DNA from: Candidatus Omnitrophota bacterium
Lineage (GTDB): Bacteria; Omnitrophota; Gorgyraeia; 2-02-FULL-51-18
Direction of reading: 5' to 3'
Length of the DNA stretch: 64,000 nucleotides
NCBI GenBank assembly: GCA_016197155.1
Contig: JACPWF010000015.1
Location: 8,157 to 72,156, forward strand
Positions 18,588 through 28,544 of the stretch are shown here, piece after piece. The position numbers were made by a program, and so were the translations under genes. Positions within the stretch are counted from its first letter, which is position 1, and each line of letters opens with the position of its first letter. Below the pieces are notes generated by a model that was not told the origin of the DNA, ran no database searches, and was given only the letters and a program-made list of their open reading frames with translations.

Positions 18588-20582
18588 ATGGATTCCCTTT
18601 TCGCCGATGTGGCGCTCGGCATCCCTTCACGCGGAACTTTTCAATACGCCGTTCCCCCCGCCTTCGCCGAAAAAATAAAACCCGGCTGTCGCGTCTGGGT
18701 GAATGTCCGCGCCCGCCGCTTGGTCGGCACCGTCACGGCCCTTTCGCCTGAAAAAGTGATCGAGGATCCGAAACCCATCGAGGGCCTGATCGATGAGACG
18801 CCCGTTTTGGACGCGCCGCTTTTGGCGCTCACGCGCTGGATGGCCGAGTATTATTTTTGCTCGTGGGGACAGGCCATCGAAGCGGCCCTGCCCGCGCCCT
18901 TCAAGAAAGGCAAATTTTTAATGAAGAGCCGCGCCAAAAAAATAGCAAATGGCGTCGAGAGCGTCGACCCGCTGAACCATCCGCTGACAGCGGACCAGGA
19001 AAATGCCTTCCGTGAAATCATGGAAAAAATAAATAAAAAAGAAGCCGGATTTTTCCTGCTCCACGGCATCACCGGCAGCGGCAAAACGGAGATTTACATG
19101 CAGGTGATCGGCGAACTCCTAAAGGCCGGGCGGGGGAGCATTGTGCTGGTGCCCGAGATTTCTTTGACTCCGCAGGCGGTCGAGCGTTTTCATTCGCGAT
19201 TTGGGGACGGCCTGGCCGTCATCCACAGCCGGCTTTCGCAAGGGCATCGCGTCGAGGAATGGCACCGCATCAAAAAAGGAGAGGCCCGAGTCGTCGTCGG
19301 CGCGCGCTCGGCCCTTTTCAGCCCCGTCCAGCGTCTGGGTCTCATCGTGATCGACGAGGAGCACGACACGTCCTACAAGCAGGAGGAAACGCCGCGCTAC
19401 CAGGCGCGGACCGTGGCGGCCGAGCGCGCGCGCCTCGAGCGGGCCGTGCTCCTCATGGGCAGTGCCACGCCGTCGCTTGAAACGTATTTCGCCTCGCTTC
19501 ACAAAGACACGCGCCGGCTTTTTTTGCCCGAGCGCATTCAGAAACGGCCCCTGCCGGTCGTGCAGGTCGTGGACATGCGCCGCGAGCCCGCCGCCAAGGG
19601 GGAAAAAATTTTTTCGAGGGCCCTTGAGGAGGCGGTCAAAAATTCATTAAAGAAAAAAGAACAGGTGATGCTCTTTTTGAACCGCCGCGGATTTTCAACG
19701 CATCTCCACTGCGCCTCGTGCGGGTACGTGATGACCTGCCCCAACTGCCGCGTGAGCCTGGCGTATCATTTTGACAAGGGGGCGCTTTATTGCCACGCGT
19801 GCGGCTACCGGACGCCGCCGATCCGCCTGTGCCCGGGTTGTCAAAAAAATTATCTGCACTACTTCGGCGCGGGCACCCAAAAAGTGGAGGAAGAGGCGCG
19901 CCGGTTGTTTCCGGAGGCGCGCCTGGCGCGCATGGACACGGACTCCACGTCGCGCAAGGACGCGCACGAAACAATTTTAAAAAAATTTAAAAAACGCGAG
20001 GTCGATCTGTTGATCGGCACGCAGATGATCGCCAAAGGCCACGATTTTCCGAACGTGTCGCTCATCGGCGTCATCTCGGCGGACACGGCCCTTCACATCC
20101 CCGACTTCCGGGCCGCGGAGAGAACGTTTAATCTGCTCACGCAGGTGGCGGGCCGCGCCGGGAGGGGCGCCATTCCCGGAAAGGTGATCGTTCAAACGCA
20201 CCTGCCGAGCCATTACGCGATCGAGAGCGCCAAAGACCACGACTACGAAAAATTTTATTCGAAGGAAATTATTTTTAGAAAAGAACTCGGGATGCCGCCG
20301 TATTCTCATTTGATCCAGATCGTGATGAGCGGCGGCACGGAAAAAGAGGTGGTGCGCCAGATCCTCCTTTTTGCAAAATTCCTCAAAGAAAGGCTGGAAA
20401 AACGTGGCGTCTCCCTCATGGGCCCGGCGCCGTGCGTGGCCTCCAAGCTCGCGGGCCGCTTCCGCTGGAATGTTTATTTGAAGGGAAACTCGATCGAGGA
20501 GATGGTCCCTCTTTTAAGGGAATCCCTCGGCGAATTTAAAAGAACCCAGGTCGCGCTCACGGTGAATGTAGACCCTCAATAG
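18588..20582 (+). CDS. priA: Primosomal protein N' (replication restart helicase).
   Basis: LLHGITGSGKTEIYMQ Walker A. Cys-rich zinc region CASCGYVMTCPNCRVSLAYHF...CHACGY. 664 aa. Confidence 0.85.
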   Translation: MDSLFADVALGIPSRGTFQYAVPPAFAEKIKPGCRVWVNVRARRLVGTVTALSPEKVIEDPKPIEGLIDETPVLDAPLLALTRWMAEYYFCSWGQAIEAALPAPFKKGKFLMKSRAKKIANGVESVDPLNHPLTADQENAFREIMEKINKKEAGFFLLHGITGSGKTEIYMQVIGELLKAGRGSIVLVPEISLTPQAVERFHSRFGDGLAVIHSRLSQGHRVEEWHRIKKGEARVVVGARSALFSPVQRLGLIVIDEEHDTSYKQEETPRYQARTVAAERARLERAVLLMGSATPSLETYFASLHKDTRRLFLPERIQKRPLPVVQVVDMRREPAAKGEKIFSRALEEAVKNSLKKKEQVMLFLNRRGFSTHLHCASCGYVMTCPNCRVSLAYHFDKGALYCHACGYRTPPIRLCPGCQKNYLHYFGAGTQKVEEEARRLFPEARLARMDTDSTSRKDAHETILKKFKKREVDLLIGTQMIAKGHDFPNVSLIGVISADTALHIPDFRAAERTFNLLTQVAGRAGRGAIPGKVIVQTHLPSHYAIESAKDHDYEKFYSKEIIFRKELGMPPYSHLIQIVMSGGTEKEVVRQILLFAKFLKERLEKRGVSLMGPAPCVASKLAGRFRWNVYLKGNSIEEMVPLLRESLGEFKRTQVALTVNVDPQ

Positions 20583-20620
20583 AGGATTTGCTATCATTGA
20601 ACGGTCCTGACGGAGGAAAA

Positions 20621-21109
20621 ATGGCGGTACTGCCGGTTGTCAAATTTCCGGACAAAATTCTAAAAACAAAAACGCTTGAGGTTTCCAAAATCACCGAGAC
20701 CGAGCGCGCGCTCGTGCGCGACATGATCGAGACCATGTACGCCGAAAAGGGCGTGGGGCTGGCGGCGAATCAGGTCGGGGTCTCGAGACAAATTTTTGTG
20801 GCCAGCCCCGACCAGGCGCGCGGGAGGGAGCTCGTTTTTTTTAATCCGAAGATTTTAAAGAAAGAGGGCGTCGTCAAGGAATTTGAAGGCTGTCTCAGCG
20901 TCCCGGAGTTTTACGAGCCGGTCCGGCGCGCGAAAAAAGTCTGGATCCGCGCGATGAATCTGGCGGGAAAGATCGTCGAGATGAAAGGGGAGGGGCTCCT
21001 GTCGCGGATCTTTCAGCACGAGATCGACCATTTGAACGGGATCCTTTTCATCGACCGCCTTGGATTTTTGAAAAGCCGCTCGGCCCGGAAAAAACTCGCG
21101 CGGAAATGA
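20621..21109 (+). CDS. def: Peptide deformylase.
   Basis: GVGLAANQVG, EGCLSVP, HEIDHLNG motifs. Start at ATG 20621 preceded by GGAGGAAAA. Confidence 0.85.
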   Translation: MAVLPVVKFPDKILKTKTLEVSKITETERALVRDMIETMYAEKGVGLAANQVGVSRQIFVASPDQARGRELVFFNPKILKKEGVVKEFEGCLSVPEFYEPVRRAKKVWIRAMNLAGKIVEMKGEGLLSRIFQHEIDHLNGILFIDRLGFLKSRSARKKLARK

Positions 21110-21744
21110 AAATTATTTTTTTTGGGACGGGCGCGTTTGGCCTGCCTTCGCTCGATGCGCTCAAGTCTTCAGGGCACCCGATTTTATCCATTGTCAGTTC
21201 CGCAGATAAACCCCAGGGGCGCAAGCTCGTTTTGAAAGCGTCTCCGGTGAAGGAGTGGGCGCTGGCGCACGGCGCGCCGTTTTTTGAATCCATTCAGGAA
21301 TTAAAACACCCCGCGGCGGACGCCTTTGTGGTGATCGATTACGGCGTCATTCTGCCGCAGGCGCTTCTGGATGTCCCGCGAGTGGCCCCGCTCAATGTCC
21401 ACGCCTCGCTCCTGCCCCGCCATCGCGGCGCCTCTCCCATTCACACCGCGCTTTTGAACGGCGACGCCGAGACCGGCGTCACCGTGATCCGGATGACCGC
21501 GCGGCTCGACGCGGGGGATATTCTGGTTCAAAAGAAAACCCCGATTTTACCCGCGGACGATATTTTTTCTCTGGAGAAAAAATTGGGCTTGCTCGGCGCC
21601 GGGGCCCTTTTGGAAACGCTTGATCAATTGGAGAAGGGCGCGGTCCGGCCGAAGGCTCAAAATGAACTCGAAGGGAAAAAGATTCTGCCGGCCGAGGAAT
21701 TTTTAAGAGGGTTTCCGCTCGCGCCCGGGGCGGTTTTTGAATAA
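21106..21744 (+). CDS. fmt: Methionyl-tRNA formyltransferase, N-terminal catalytic domain only (212 aa).
   Basis: MKIIFFGTGAFGLPSL...NVHASLLPRHRGASPIHTALLNGDAETGVTVIRM. The ORF stops right after an FPLAPGA segment, where the Fmt C-terminal domain normally begins. Confidence 0.75.
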   Translation: MKIIFFGTGAFGLPSLDALKSSGHPILSIVSSADKPQGRKLVLKASPVKEWALAHGAPFFESIQELKHPAADAFVVIDYGVILPQALLDVPRVAPLNVHASLLPRHRGASPIHTALLNGDAETGVTVIRMTARLDAGDILVQKKTPILPADDIFSLEKKLGLLGAGALLETLDQLEKGAVRPKAQNELEGKKILPAEEFLRGFPLAPGAVFE

Positions 21745-23054
21745 TGGTCCTCCACTCCGTCGCCCCCCAAGAGCTCATCCGCGCGGATTACGAAGTTTTA
21801 AAATCCTACGAACACCTTGACACCACGCCGGAAATCGAGGACCTCCTTTTCATCCAATCGCTCGAAGGCCGCGCGCACAACGGCGCCGGCGTTTTCAACA
21901 AACGCACCTACGTCAATACCACCATCGACGATGTCGTGCGCGCGCTTGACCGCGATGCCGATACCCTGAAGGCCAGGCGCCAAGCGCTCATCGACGACAT
22001 CTCTGGTTTCGCGGCGGCCGTGATGCACCAGGAAAAAAGGGACCGGCTCGTCAATGAGGACGGGAAACCTTTTTTGGGGATCCGGTTTTTTGAGGAGCGG
22101 AAGGTGAACCCGCGTGACGTCCTGCGCGGCCTTTACATCGGCGGCCTGCGCGACAACCCGGAGATTCGCAAAGAAGCCGAGCGGATTTACCAGATAAAGA
22201 TCGGCGGCGGGCGTTGTTACATCATCGACGTGAAGACCATGCTTGAGATGGGCCTCGACGGCGAGCGGCTCGCGCACGAGGCGCATGAGGAAAAGATCAG
22301 TGAATACATGAAACGCGGCCTCATCGTCGAGACCGAAGGGGCCGTGGACCCGGCCCGCCAGCGTTATTTTTATATCCGCCACCGGCTCGGGCCCGGCCAA
22401 TCGGACGACGCGGCGTTCATCATGGCGGGGATTCTTTACAATGTGGACGTCGCGCTCGGCGTCCTGCTCGCGGACGCGATCGACACGCTCGAGAAGTACG
22501 CGCCGGTTTACCGCGACCAGGACGGGGGGCTGGCGTTTCAAATCGGGCGCGGGTTTAAAGACCTGGCGATCTCAATGGAGGACGTGTACGAATTGGTTTA
22601 TCTCTCGGCGATTCCGGAAATTGAAGAGCCCCTCGTGCCCGACAGTTCACTCCGTTATCTGTTGTCCATCGATCAGCGCTCCCAGCAGTGCGCGTTAAAA
22701 ACGCATCTGGATTTCATTCAGGGAAAACCCGTCGTGCCGCTGGCCGTGAGTTTCAAGCGGATCCTCTCGACTCAGTTTTACGAATACATCAACCGGCGCC
22801 TGGCGAGCGTGACGAAACTCAGCAAACTCGCCCTTCCGAATCTCTCGATCAGGGAACTCGACCGCCCGGCCGCGGAGATCGCCAAAAAAGATTTCGGCAT
22901 TGTCTCCAAAGACGCGACGCTCGCGGATGTCATTAAGACGCTCAAAGAAACCAAATGCGGGCTCATCGTGATCCAGGACAAAAGCAACAAAGTGATCGGC
23001 ACGATCAGCCCGGCCGACCTCCTTTTTTATTTGAATCACGCCGGAGACGCCTGA
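21744..23054 (+). CDS. Hypothetical 436-aa protein with C-terminal CBS-like domain.
   Basis: No family recognised for the first ~370 aa. The C-terminus IVSKDATLADVIKTLKETKCGLIVIQDKSNKVIGTISPADLLFYL is CBS-like. 1-nt overlap (TAATG) with fmt. Confidence 0.5.
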   Translation: MVLHSVAPQELIRADYEVLKSYEHLDTTPEIEDLLFIQSLEGRAHNGAGVFNKRTYVNTTIDDVVRALDRDADTLKARRQALIDDISGFAAAVMHQEKRDRLVNEDGKPFLGIRFFEERKVNPRDVLRGLYIGGLRDNPEIRKEAERIYQIKIGGGRCYIIDVKTMLEMGLDGERLAHEAHEEKISEYMKRGLIVETEGAVDPARQRYFYIRHRLGPGQSDDAAFIMAGILYNVDVALGVLLADAIDTLEKYAPVYRDQDGGLAFQIGRGFKDLAISMEDVYELVYLSAIPEIEEPLVPDSSLRYLLSIDQRSQQCALKTHLDFIQGKPVVPLAVSFKRILSTQFYEYINRRLASVTKLSKLALPNLSIRELDRPAAEIAKKDFGIVSKDATLADVIKTLKETKCGLIVIQDKSNKVIGTISPADLLFYLNHAGDA

Positions 23055-24073
23055 TGCCGGAATTCCGTCACGACCCCGTCGTCGGGTACTGGACGATCAT
23101 TTCCACCGAGCGTTCCCGCCGGCCGGTGGAGTTCAGGCCCAGGGAACTGCCGGAGGAGCGCCGCTGTCCTTTTTGCGAGGGCCGCGAAGATGAGACCACT
23201 CCGGAGGCGTTCGCCATCCGTAAAATGGGCACGACTCCCGACGGGCCCGGCTGGGACGTGCGCGTCATCGTGAGCAAAATGCCTCTCCTGTCCGAATCGG
23301 GCCCGGCGGAGTCCTGCAGTCACGGCCTTTATGACCGGATGGACGGGATCGGCCGGCATGAGATCATCGTGGAAAGCCCGCGTCACGCCCACGACCTGGA
23401 TGAACTGGATCTTCCGGCGATCGAAAAAGTGATCCGGGCCTACGTGAACCGCCTGAACGCGTTTAAAAAAGACGAGTCGGTGAAATACGCGCTTCTTTTT
23501 AAAAATCACGGCCTGATTTCCGGATCGGTGCGCGACGTGATCCGCCATTCGCGCTCCCAACTCATCACCCTGCCAGTCATTCCCAAACGCGTGAAGGAGG
23601 AACTGGCTTCGACAAAGGCCTATTTTGAGAGAGAGGGGCGCTGTGTGTTCTGTGACATCCTGAAGCAGGAAAAAAATGAGGCCGCGCGGGTCGTTTCCGA
23701 AAACAAAACCTTTTTGGCTTTTTGCCCGTTCGCCTCGCGGTCGCCTTTTGAAATGTGGATCCTCCCCAAAGAGCACGAGGCCGATTTTGGTCAACTGCCT
23801 CCGAAGGATTTTCATGATTTCGCGCTCATTTTAAAGGAGTGCCTGATTAAACTTCACGATCTCCTGGAAGATCCGCCGTTCAATCTCGTTCTTCACACCG
23901 CGCCCTACCGCCACAAGACCGGGGACTATCACTGGTATCTGCAGATCGCTCCGCGCCTGACCAAAAACGCGGGATTTGAATGGGGGACGGGCATCCACAT
24001 CAATCCGACTCCGCCGGAAGACGCGGCCCTTTTGCTCCGCCAGACCAAGGTTCGCCATGCCCGAACTTCGTAA
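23054..24073 (+). CDS. GalT-like HIT-superfamily nucleotidyltransferase paralog with substituted catalytic motif (H-S-R).
   Basis: CPFCEGRE zinc knuckle, GIGRHEIIVE, second-half CVFCDIL. The HPH active-site triad appears as IRHSRSQ (nucleophile His replaced by Arg). Confidence 0.65.
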   Translation: MPEFRHDPVVGYWTIISTERSRRPVEFRPRELPEERRCPFCEGREDETTPEAFAIRKMGTTPDGPGWDVRVIVSKMPLLSESGPAESCSHGLYDRMDGIGRHEIIVESPRHAHDLDELDLPAIEKVIRAYVNRLNAFKKDESVKYALLFKNHGLISGSVRDVIRHSRSQLITLPVIPKRVKEELASTKAYFEREGRCVFCDILKQEKNEAARVVSENKTFLAFCPFASRSPFEMWILPKEHEADFGQLPPKDFHDFALILKECLIKLHDLLEDPPFNLVLHTAPYRHKTGDYHWYLQIAPRLTKNAGFEWGTGIHINPTPPEDAALLLRQTKVRHARTS

Positions 24074-25049
24074 GGATCCCGTCACGGGCCGCTGGGTGAT
24101 CGTGAATATGGAAAACCCGAAGAAGGCCGGTGATTTCAGCGTCGAGCCGCGCGCGCGCTCGACGAAAATCTGCCCTTTCTGCCCGGGCCATGAGTCCATG
24201 ACCCCGCCGGAGATCATTTCCTACGGGCGGAAGGCCCCGGCCAAAAATACACCCGGCTGGCAGGTGCGCGTGATCGCCAATAAATTTCCGGCCCTCCGCA
24301 TCGAGGAGCCGACGGAGAAAAAGAAACTCGGCGTTTACGAGCGGATCGGGGGTTTTGGCGCGCACGAGGTCATCATTGAAAATCCCGACCATGAAAAAGA
24401 GATCGGTGATCTGACCCCGGCCGAGGCCGAGCTGATTCTGGCGGCTTATCGCGACCGGTGTCTGGACCTTCGCCGGGACGGGCGCTTTCAATACATTTTA
24501 ATTTTTAAAAACTACGGCGAGGCGGCGGGGGCGAGCCTCGAACATCCCCATTCCCAGCTCATCGGCCTGCCGATCGTCCCTTCGCGCGTCGCGGGGGAGC
24601 TGGAAGGCGGCGCGCGGCACCATGCGCGCGCGCGGCGCTGTATTTTTTGCGACATGCTCGCGCGCGAATCGACCGAGAAAAAACTCACGGTTTTTGAAAA
24701 CGCGGATTTTACGGCCTTTGAGCCTTTCGCGTCGCGCTTTCCGTTTGAGACCTGGATCCTGCCCCGCGCGCATGGGGCCGATTTCGACGCCGTGACGGAC
24801 GCCAAGATAAAAACCCTGGCCGAGGCCCTGCAGAAAACGCTCCAAAAGATCAGGGACGCGCTGAAGAACCCTTCCTATAATCTGATGATCCACACCCTCC
24901 CGATCCATGGCGGCCGGGCGGACAGTTTTCATTGGCACATCGAGATCATCCCGCACCTGACCCAGGTGGCCGGTTTTGAGCTGGGGACGGGCTTCTACGT
25001 GAACCCGACCCCGCCGGAGCTTGCCGCGGACATTCTTAAGAATCATTGA
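24057..25049 (+). CDS. Galactose-1-phosphate uridylyltransferase-like HIT-superfamily nucleotidyltransferase (intact HPH motif).
   Basis: CPFCPGHE, GFGAHEVIIE, LEHPHSQLIGLP, CIFCDML. 17-nt overlap with the upstream paralog. Confidence 0.7.
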   Translation: MPELRKDPVTGRWVIVNMENPKKAGDFSVEPRARSTKICPFCPGHESMTPPEIISYGRKAPAKNTPGWQVRVIANKFPALRIEEPTEKKKLGVYERIGGFGAHEVIIENPDHEKEIGDLTPAEAELILAAYRDRCLDLRRDGRFQYILIFKNYGEAAGASLEHPHSQLIGLPIVPSRVAGELEGGARHHARARRCIFCDMLARESTEKKLTVFENADFTAFEPFASRFPFETWILPRAHGADFDAVTDAKIKTLAEALQKTLQKIRDALKNPSYNLMIHTLPIHGGRADSFHWHIEIIPHLTQVAGFELGTGFYVNPTPPELAADILKNH

Positions 25050-25083
25050 AGCCACTCCTTAACGCTGTTATAATAAACCGTTT

Positions 25084-26052
25084 ATGAAAAATTTTTTGCT
25101 CAGAGTTTTCATCAGCGCCGCTTTTTTGGGCCTTCTTTTTTACCTGATCCGTGGCGACATCCCCGAGATTGCCCAGGTCCTCAAACGCCTGAATCGGCCG
25201 CTCTGCGCCGTTTCGGTTCTCATTTTTTTGAGTACGGCCGTGGTGCTGGCCCGGCGGCTCGAGCTCATCTTCGCGGCCAAGGACATTCGCCTGGGCCTGA
25301 GGGAGACGGTGAATCTCACCTTCGTCGGCTATTTTTTCAATAATTTCCTGCCGACCTCCGTGGGCGGCGACATCGTGAAGGCGATGTGCGTCTCGCGCCT
25401 CACGGGAAACGCCGTATCGTCGGTGACGTCGGTTCTCCTCGACCGCCTCTTCGGCCTTTTCACGTTCATTTTTATTCCGGGCCTCAGCTTTCTTTTTTTT
25501 CTGAAAGAGATCCGGAATCCCGCGGTGCCGGCGTTGATTTATTCGCTTTTGGCGTCCTCGCTTTTTTGCTTCGTCATCCTTTTTAACCGGGACCTCGCCA
25601 GGCGTTTTGGGTTCGTCGAGGTTCTTTTAAACCGGATCGGCATCGGCCCGAAGATCCGGAAAATTTATGACGAGATACACGGATTCCGCCATCACCGGGG
25701 CGTGATCGCCGAGGCCATGGCCCTGTCGGTGATCGGCCAGAGTGTCAGCATCGTCGCGCTTTATCTTTTGGCGCGGGCGCTGGGCGCCCAGGCGCCGATC
25801 CTTTATTTTTTTCTCCTGGTGCCGGTCGTCCACCTGGTCAGCATGCTGCCTTCTTTGAACGGCCTGGGGATCCGCGAAGGCGCGTACGTTTATTTTCTGA
25901 CGCCGGTGATCGGGCGCGAATACGCGGCGGCGATCAGCGTCCTGTGGCTGGGACTTTTATTTCTCCTCAGCGTCATCGGCGGGCTTATTTATTTTTTCAG
26001 GCATGACTATCACATCCGATTCACGTCACTCGGCAAGGAGGCGACCCCATGA
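25084..26052 (+). CDS. UPF0104 / lysylphosphatidylglycerol-synthase-TM-region family membrane protein (flippase-like).
   Basis: Polytopic protein. [21 protein letters not shown] motif typical of PF03706. Confidence 0.6.
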   Translation: MKNFLLRVFISAAFLGLLFYLIRGDIPEIAQVLKRLNRPLCAVSVLIFLSTAVVLARRLELIFAAKDIRLGLRETVNLTFVGYFFNNFLPTSVGGDIVKAMCVSRLTGNAVSSVTSVLLDRLFGLFTFIFIPGLSFLFFLKEIRNPAVPALIYSLLASSLFCFVILFNRDLARRFGFVEVLLNRIGIGPKIRKIYDEIHGFRHHRGVIAEAMALSVIGQSVSIVALYLLARALGAQAPILYFFLLVPVVHLVSMLPSLNGLGIREGAYVYFLTPVIGREYAAAISVLWLGLLFLLSVIGGLIYFFRHDYHIRFTSLGKEATP

Positions 26053-26480
26053 AAAAAATTCTCGTGATCCACGGGCCGAATCTGAATCTCTTGGGCGAGC
26101 GCGAGCCCGAGGTCTATGGGCGCGTGAGCATGAAAACCATTGACGCGGCGCTGAAAAAAATGGCGAAGGCGAACGGGGTGGCCGTTGAAATTTTTCAGTC
26201 CAATCACGAAGGCGAGATCGTCTCGAAGATCGGAGAGGCCAAACGCAAATTTGACGCGATCCTCATCAACCCCGCCGCTTACACGCACACGAGTGTCGCG
26301 ATCCGCGACGCCGTCGCGGCCGTCAAACTCCCGACCGTTGAGGTGCACCTCTCCAATATCTACGCCCGCGAGGCCTTCCGCCACGAGTCGCTCGTGGCCC
26401 CCGTGGCCACCGGCCAGATCTCGGGCTTCGGGGCGGCCAGTTACGAGCTGGGACTGCTGGCCCTCGTCAAACTTTTATGA
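26049..26480 (+). CDS. aroQ: 3-dehydroquinate dehydratase, type II.
   Basis: [21 protein letters not shown]...[16 protein letters not shown]...[17 protein letters not shown]. Confidence 0.85.
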   Translation: MKKILVIHGPNLNLLGEREPEVYGRVSMKTIDAALKKMAKANGVAVEIFQSNHEGEIVSKIGEAKRKFDAILINPAAYTHTSVAIRDAVAAVKLPTVEVHLSNIYAREAFRHESLVAPVATGQISGFGAASYELGLLALVKLL

Positions 26481-27544
26481 CGCGGCTCCGCCTCCAAAAA
26501 CTTTTCGGGCTTTTCCCCAAAAATCAGATCGACGCGCTCCTGGTCAGTTCCTGGCCGAACGTCACCTATCTGAGCGGGTTTCGAAGCATGGAATCCTGGA
26601 TCGTCGTTTCGCCCGAAGGGCTTTATTTCGTCACGGATTCCCGCTATCTCGAGCAGGCGCGGAAGGAGGCCGGGGGGTTTAAAATTATTCTCCGCGATAA
26701 AAAAAATGTCGCCGAAATCGTTTCGGATCTGGCGAATGAAAAAAAATGGAAGACGATCGGATTTGAGGCGGGGATCGCAACGCACGCGTTTTATTTGAGC
26801 CTCGTGAAAACTCTCGGGGCCGGACGGTTGAAGGCCACCTTTGATTTGGCGGAATCATTAAGAATAATAAAAGACAGCTATGAGATTAAACTTCTCAAAA
26901 AATCGGCTGAAATCGCCGTGAAGGGCTTCCACTATATAAGGAAGGCCGTAAAACCGGGCATGACTGAGCGCGAGGCACAGGGAAAGCTCGAATATTTCAC
27001 AAAATCCATCGGCTCCGAAAAGCCGGCTTTTGAGTTGATTATCGCCGCCGGCGCGAGGTCCTCGATGCCGCATTGCCAAAGTAACCAAACCCGCATTCGA
27101 AACAATGACCTCGTCCTCGTCGACATGGGGGTGGTCCATGAGGGGTACCATTCGGATTTGACCCGCCCTGTTTTTTTAGGTAAAATGAGCGCTTTGCATC
27201 AAAAAATTCACGGCATCGTGTGGGAGGCCCAGCGCGCGGGGATTAAAAAGGCGGGGCCCGGCGTGCCGGCAAGCGAGGTAGACGCGGCCTGCCGAAATGT
27301 CATCCGAAAGGCGGGTTACGCGGAATATTTTGGGCACGGCACGGGCCACGGGGTGGGGCTCGAGATTCACGAAGCGCCCGGCGTGTCCGGCAAAAGCCGG
27401 ACCATTCTCAAGCCCGGCATGGTGATCACCGTCGAGCCCGGCATTTATCTTCCCGGAAAGTTTGGCGTCCGCATCGAGGACATGGTGCTCATCACCGAAA
27501 AGGGGCGCGAGGTTCTGACAGCCGGTTTGGAGAAGGAAAAATGA
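26477..27544 (+). CDS. pepP: Xaa-Pro aminopeptidase (M24 family).
   Basis: [15 protein letters not shown] and VEPGIY pita-bread metal-site motifs. Creatinase-like N-domain. Confidence 0.8.
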   Translation: MTRLRLQKLFGLFPKNQIDALLVSSWPNVTYLSGFRSMESWIVVSPEGLYFVTDSRYLEQARKEAGGFKIILRDKKNVAEIVSDLANEKKWKTIGFEAGIATHAFYLSLVKTLGAGRLKATFDLAESLRIIKDSYEIKLLKKSAEIAVKGFHYIRKAVKPGMTEREAQGKLEYFTKSIGSEKPAFELIIAAGARSSMPHCQSNQTRIRNNDLVLVDMGVVHEGYHSDLTRPVFLGKMSALHQKIHGIVWEAQRAGIKKAGPGVPASEVDAACRNVIRKAGYAEYFGHGTGHGVGLEIHEAPGVSGKSRTILKPGMVITVEPGIYLPGKFGVRIEDMVLITEKGREVLTAGLEKEK

Positions 27545-27545
27545 G

Positions 27546-28109
27546 ATGTCCATGATCACGACAAGCCAATTCAAAGCGGGCGTCATCATCAAATACAATA
27601 ACGACCTCTGCGAGATCCTCGAATATCAGCTCGTCAAGATGCAACAGCGCCAGCCGATCGTCCGCACCAAACTCCGCAACATCAAAACCGGGAACGTCCT
27701 CGAGCAGGCTTTCCGCTCGGGCGACAAGTTCGAAGACGTGTATCTCGAGGACAAGCCCATTCAGTATCTCTATCACGACGCCGACAAATACCATTTCATG
27801 GATTCCGAATCCTACCACGAGGTGGTCGTGGGTTCGGCGATGCTGGGTGAAAAGGCCGATTTTTTGAAGGAAAATTCAGAGGCCACGGGGCGTTTCTCGG
27901 GCGACGAACTGATCTCCGTGGAACTGCCGGCCTCGGTGGTTTTGAAGGTCGCCGAAACCGAGCCGGGTGTCCGGGGAGACACGGCCAAAAGCGGCACCAA
28001 ACCCGCGAAGGTCGAGACGGGCGCGGTCATCAAAGTCCCGCTTTTCGTCAATCCCGGTGAGAATATCCGCGTCGACACGCGCACCGGTCAATACATCGAA
28101 AGGGCTTAA
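27546..28109 (+). CDS. efp: Elongation factor P.
   Basis: MSMITTSQFKAGVIIKYNNDLCEILEYQLVKMQQRQPIVRTKLRNIKTG, 187 aa. Confidence 0.9.
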   Translation: MSMITTSQFKAGVIIKYNNDLCEILEYQLVKMQQRQPIVRTKLRNIKTGNVLEQAFRSGDKFEDVYLEDKPIQYLYHDADKYHFMDSESYHEVVVGSAMLGEKADFLKENSEATGRFSGDELISVELPASVVLKVAETEPGVRGDTAKSGTKPAKVETGAVIKVPLFVNPGENIRVDTRTGQYIERA

Positions 28110-28112
28110 CGG

Positions 28113-28544
28113 GTGAATATTAAAGAGATTAAAGAAATGATTCAGCTCATGAATGAGAATAATCTTTCGGAGATTGAGCTCGAGAAAGAGGGGCTTAAAA
28201 TCCGTCTGAAAAAAGGATCGGGAGGCGTTGTCGAGGAAACCGCTGTTTCCGCCGAGCCCGCTTCCGCGCGCCCGTCTAAAGAGGCTCCGAAGCCGCCGCC
28301 CGCCGCGGCGAAGACCGCCGTCAAGTCGCCGATGGTCGGGACCTTTTACGCCGCGCCCGCTCCCGATGCCCCGCCATTCGTTCAGGCCGGTTCCGCCGTG
28401 GAAGTGGGGCAGGTGGTCTGCGTGATCGAGGCCATGAAGCTCATGAACGAGATCAAATCCGAAGTGCGCGGAAAGATCGCGGAGATCCTGGTTCACAACG
28501 GCGACCCGGTGGAGTTTGGCCAGCCTCTTTTTTTGCTCGAATAA
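28113..28544 (+). CDS. accB: Acetyl-CoA carboxylase biotin carboxyl carrier protein.
   Basis: Ala/Pro-rich linker then [12 protein letters not shown] biotinyl-lysine motif. GTG start. Confidence 0.85.
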   Translation: MNIKEIKEMIQLMNENNLSEIELEKEGLKIRLKKGSGGVVEETAVSAEPASARPSKEAPKPPPAAAKTAVKSPMVGTFYAAPAPDAPPFVQAGSAVEVGQVVCVIEAMKLMNEIKSEVRGKIAEILVHNGDPVEFGQPLFLLE

